Assembly (NCBI RefSeq): GCF_024521635.1
Contig: NW_026250413.1
Span: 62,001-126,000 of the forward strand
Length of the DNA: 64,000 bases
Origin: Tricharina praecox
Taxonomy: Eukaryota
Reading direction: 5' to 3'
Below, in pieces: positions 60,456 through 64,000 of this stretch; position 1 is the first letter of the stretch; each line of letters begins with the position of its first letter. The position numbers were made by a program, and so were the translations under genes. Below the pieces are notes generated by a model. The model was not told the DNA's origin. It did no database searches and saw only the letters and a program-made list of their open reading frames with translations.

Positions 60456-61427
60456 ATGTCTCCTCTCACTCGCCCGATCGAATCCCCAAGCAAAGTCGGT
60501 ACTCCCAACGAGCTCCCAGCCAGACCCAGATCTGGCTTTTTTTCGCCCCCGTCCAGTACGGGCCATCCGAGTCCGCCGCAGGCGGATCTCATAAAGAAAC
60601 CCCCGACCGACCTCGCCTCGAACGACGGCACCCCGGTGCCCGCGAGCGAATCGAACGAGCAGTCCGTCGAGAATGGAAAGGAAACTGCCGGCTGCCACGA
60701 GCAGCCAGTCGAGTACGAGACGGGACCTGAATGGTCGCCGCGGGCCATCATGGCCAAAACACAGGTCGACGAAGACCTGATATCCGAGGTCCTGCACGAG
60801 AACGTGCAGAATGAAGACCAGGAGAAGCGGATGGAAGATGAGATCTTCCAGGCCGAGATGGGGGAGATGAAGGAGTCTGGGACCGCCGACGGTCCCCATG
60901 TCGAGAAAGACACAGCCACGGCTGTTCTCGACGTCCCGTCTGCTCGCCCTGCGTCGCCGATGAAGCAGGATGTCACCGCTGAGCGGGGCACTGCCAAGGC
61001 CGAGCAGGACGTGCCCGGCAAACCCCAGGTCGCTGAAGACCAGAGACCCAAGGTCCCGCCCAAGAAGGGGATGAGTGACGGCGAGAAGATGCGGATGGCA
61101 TTCTGGATCTTCCAGGCCAGGATGTGGGCGATCAAGAAGTTTGGGACCGCCAAACCTGAGTGGTCCCGTGTTGCGGACTCGACACCCGCCGACGCTCCCG
61201 AAGAGCCGAGATCTGAGGCCTCGTACAGGAAGGCGCTGGCTACCGACCAGAAGAGGCGGATGGAAGATATTATCTTCCGGGCCAAGAGGAGGGAGGAGAT
61301 GGCCGGTGGAGCTACCGGCGAGGACGAGATAGAGGAGCTGCAGCAGCTTTCTCTCGACGTATCGGCGGAAACCGACGCCGGAGATGCACGCATCCCGGAG
61401 GAGTCCAAGGACCCCGAGGGCAACTAG
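60456..61427 (+). CDS. Hypothetical acidic, low-complexity protein with internal repeat, 323 aa
   Basis: ORF with coding-like composition, gtcATG start, CA-rich leader and T-rich trailer. The motif PEWS-x~25-DQxxRMEDxIFxA occurs twice. Confidence 0.65.
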   Translation: MSPLTRPIESPSKVGTPNELPARPRSGFFSPPSSTGHPSPPQADLIKKPPTDLASNDGTPVPASESNEQSVENGKETAGCHEQPVEYETGPEWSPRAIMAKTQVDEDLISEVLHENVQNEDQEKRMEDEIFQAEMGEMKESGTADGPHVEKDTATAVLDVPSARPASPMKQDVTAERGTAKAEQDVPGKPQVAEDQRPKVPPKKGMSDGEKMRMAFWIFQARMWAIKKFGTAKPEWSRVADSTPADAPEEPRSEASYRKALATDQKRRMEDIIFRAKRREEMAGGATGEDEIEELQQLSLDVSAETDAGDARIPEESKDPEGN

Positions 61428-61861
61428 GTTGCCCTCGAAGCTTACTATGGTAGGCTTCGGGAGTTTATCTCCCAGATGGAAGAGGGGATGATGGGGAGGA
61501 GGGGGATGTATCTGTTCTATTCTTTTATTTGTTTCTGTTCTTTTCTTTTATTTATTTCTGTTCCTTTCTTTTATTTGTTTCTGTTCTTTTCCTTGATTGC
61601 GTTGCTGTTCTGCTTTGGTTGTCATGCTTTGCGGTTGCATTTGTGCCTTGCGGAAAGTTGATTTACGAGAATGTATCTGTTCCTGCTTTACTATGTATTC
61701 TTTCCTGTGGTATCTTGCTTTGATTCTGTTTTCATCAATTTGTTTTGCATATAGTTTGTCTGCGGCTTGACGCTTTTTGTTTGTGTTTTGTTCATTCATT
61801 GATTGCATGCGAACTACCCAGATCATTCTGCGGCTTGATACTTTTGTTTTTGTTTTGTTCA

Positions 61862-62350
61862 TTCATTGATTGCATGCGACCTATCTACTTAGATCATGGC
61901 AATATAATCTACTCGTGCACTCCCTCCCCGTTTTCACGCAACTGTCGAACCCAACTTTCATCAGGCGGCCCGATGTGGCTTTCCCTGTCCATGCCGTGGC
62001 CTTTCCTGACAGTATGTGACCGCACCAAGCAGATGCAGAACTAGGAAGAGGCAACGAGCGTTCCCTCGACCCGTCCTTGCCTCACCGCAAGTCACTAGTC
62101 TGCATCGCCGCCGCCGCCTCCTGCCTCTGCGGCCTGATACTAGGTCGGTGATAATGGAAGTTGAGATCAAAAGCCGAGTGATATCCAGTGGAAACAGTGC
62201 AGGCCATAAAGGAAGACGAGATCAAAAAGATCAAAAGCCACATTGGGTCGCTCAGTGAAAGTTGGGTTGGACAGTAGCATGGAAGCGGGGGGGGGAGTAA
62301 ACAGGGTGACATTGCCATGATCTAGATAGGTCGCATGCAATTACTGATTA
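61862..62350. mobile_element. MITE-like element, ~490 bp, with ~115-120-bp imperfect TIRs
   Basis: Left: attgcatgcgacctatcta(ctta)gatcatggcaat…actgtcgaacccaactttca…cgatgtggcttt (61862-61983). Right: aaagccacattggg…tgaaagttgggttggacagt…attgccatgatctagataggtcgcatgcaat (62234-62350). No coding capacity. No clear TSD recognised. Confidence 0.8.
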
Positions 62351-62570
62351 AATAAAAAAAGAAGACGAGACCAATAGCCGAGTGCTATATAGTGAAAATA
62401 GGGCACGAGTGACCACGATAGATTGGGTTATCGGTAGAGTGGGGCGACGCCCATCACTCTGGGAGTCACTTTGTCGACATTGGCCTCAATAGAAATGTAC
62501 ACAAGTCCACCCTTCACTTCGAGCAGTTTGCAATAGCATGAACATCGCGATTCCACAGCAATCAAAGCGA

Positions 62571-63350
62571 TCAGTCTGATTCCTTACGCAGACTCTTATA
62601 GCTAACATCGAACTTGACATCCTCATCGTAATCCTTACTCTCACTCTCCTCCTCCATTCTCTTGAGCTTGCGCGCCCCGAGCCCACTGCCGCAGTACCGA
62701 CGGAGCTCGTAGTCTTGCGTTCTGTAACTGAGAGGGTGGGTGCGAACCACAGCAGTGACGTGTGCGGCGGGTTCAGGGGCAGGGGTATCCTCCCTCTCCC
62801 GCTGGACACCATCATCTTCGCGCTCGCGCTCCCTCTCCCGCTCGCACTCATACTCCTTCTCGAACTCCTCTCCATCGAGCTCCGTCTCCCCATCGTCCGC
62901 TTCGGCAGAAAGACTACTGCCCGTGCTCTCCTCCCAGAGCATCCACTGAAACACCTCCATCTTGAGCCCACTCTTCAGCACGGACGCAGTCCGCTGCACC
63001 ATGGCCACCTGTCCAGCCCCATGCATTTCCGCCTCGTAGCTTTCACGCTCCAGGAACTCCTCCGCGTACCCGAGCTTGTGCCTTGCCACGGCGGCGACCA
63101 GTCGCGCCAGCGACCCCCGCATCAGCCGCGACGTGATCAGCTCCGCGCACCGGCTGCATAGCTTCAGCGCGCAGCTGGCGCACACGTGCGTCGTGAAGTA
63201 CCGGTCGCACGCGAGGCAGAGGCTCAAGGACAGCGCGGGCAGAAAGTACGTGTGCGGTCGCTTGTGCAGGTATTGGCGGTGCGGCGAGTTGAGGTGCTGG
63301 TATGCCCGCTGCTGGTGCTGGTGGCGGTGGTGGTGGTTGTGCGCGACCAT
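62571..63350 (-). CDS. Hypothetical protein with His-rich N-terminus, three CxxC pairs and acidic C-terminus, 259 aa
   Basis: caaacATG start. HNHHHRHQH, CLAC-x8-CASC-x4-CSRC, Glu-rich tail, GC3-rich codons. Confidence 0.7.
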   Translation of the reverse strand: MVAHNHHHRHQHQQRAYQHLNSPHRQYLHKRPHTYFLPALSLSLCLACDRYFTTHVCASCALKLCSRCAELITSRLMRGSLARLVAAVARHKLGYAEEFLERESYEAEMHGAGQVAMVQRTASVLKSGLKMEVFQWMLWEESTGSSLSAEADDGETELDGEEFEKEYECEREREREREDDGVQREREDTPAPEPAAHVTAVVRTHPLSYRTQDYELRRYCGSGLGARKLKRMEEESESKDYDEDVKFDVSYKSLRKESD

Positions 63351-64000
63351 GTTTGCGGGATGGGATGGTACGTGGGTGTGAGGGGAAGGGAGGTTTTTTT
63401 TTTGGAGGAGTGGGGGCTAGGATGGGCTGAAGGGAGTTTGTAGGATGAAGCATGGCGTGGAGTAGGACGGAGGCACTTCCGGAAGTACCCCCGACATCTC
63501 CGGAGCACACACGGTAACCTTCTCGCAACGCCGCGCCGACTTGCCATCCATCTCATTCCGATTCCCTCCACGGCAATAAAATATATGCCTCATCCGATCC
63601 GGATCGGCTGCGGAGAAGATCACGTCTCGATTCTCGAAGGGTCTGTAACCCAGAGCATAACCCCCCACCCCCCCGATTGAGGGATATAACCTTAAATCCA
63701 CAGGTAAGGTGCGGATAGTCAACCCTATATACAAGTTCCCTGCGACGATCACTATTACCACCCTTCCCGCGTGGCACCCTGCCGTCGTAACTATCGACCG
63801 GGGTGACGTCGCAGTGGCTGCCGCGAGGTGAGCCAGCGCAGCATCGCTCATCACTCGCGTTTAGCCATCGACAGCGTTGGGGTCGGGATTTAGAGATATG
63901 ATGCTTTCGCGCGGTATGAAAAAAAAAGCGGGTTTGCTGGCGATACGGCTCGACTCCAGAGCACTCCAGTAGTTGAACCGTGGCTGTTCTTTGTCGTGGA

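Overview
Fungal nuclear DNA, most likely a filamentous ascomycete. It has short GT-AG introns with CTRAC/CTAAY branch sites, GC-rich exons and microsatellite-rich intergenic DNA. A Pezizomycetes affinity is my impression only. I spliced the gene models by hand. Intact genes: an 8-Cys small secreted protein, a HotDog/THEM6-like thioesterase, an F-box-like protein, an HExxH zinc-peptidase/jacalin fusion, acetyl-CoA hydrolase ACH1, a GPI-anchored fasciclin with a Tyr/Pro/Thr repeat stalk, a 737-aa unknown membrane protein, an LCCL membrane protein, delta-12 fatty acid desaturase, a spliced C2H2 zinc-finger gene and two orphan ORFs. Broken elements: a full-length cytochrome P450 with three in-frame stops and no frameshift, an inverted pseudogene copy of the 737-aa gene, an internally deleted hAT transposase and other relics, mostly at ~35.3-48.1 kb. 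The main leads are four. (1) A long-TIR repeat family, with one complete MITE-like copy at ~61.9-62.35 kb, whose inverted ends also bracket the P450 plus secreted-protein block at 0.43-4.8 kb. (2) Four near-identical ~70-nt intron-like modules at 44-47.6 kb. (3) An inverted gene/pseudogene pair whose distal upstream block is flipped relative to its gene. (4) The frame-intact, stop-interrupted P450. No rRNA or CRISPR array was found. Nothing here is proven to be a new system; these are testable candidates.
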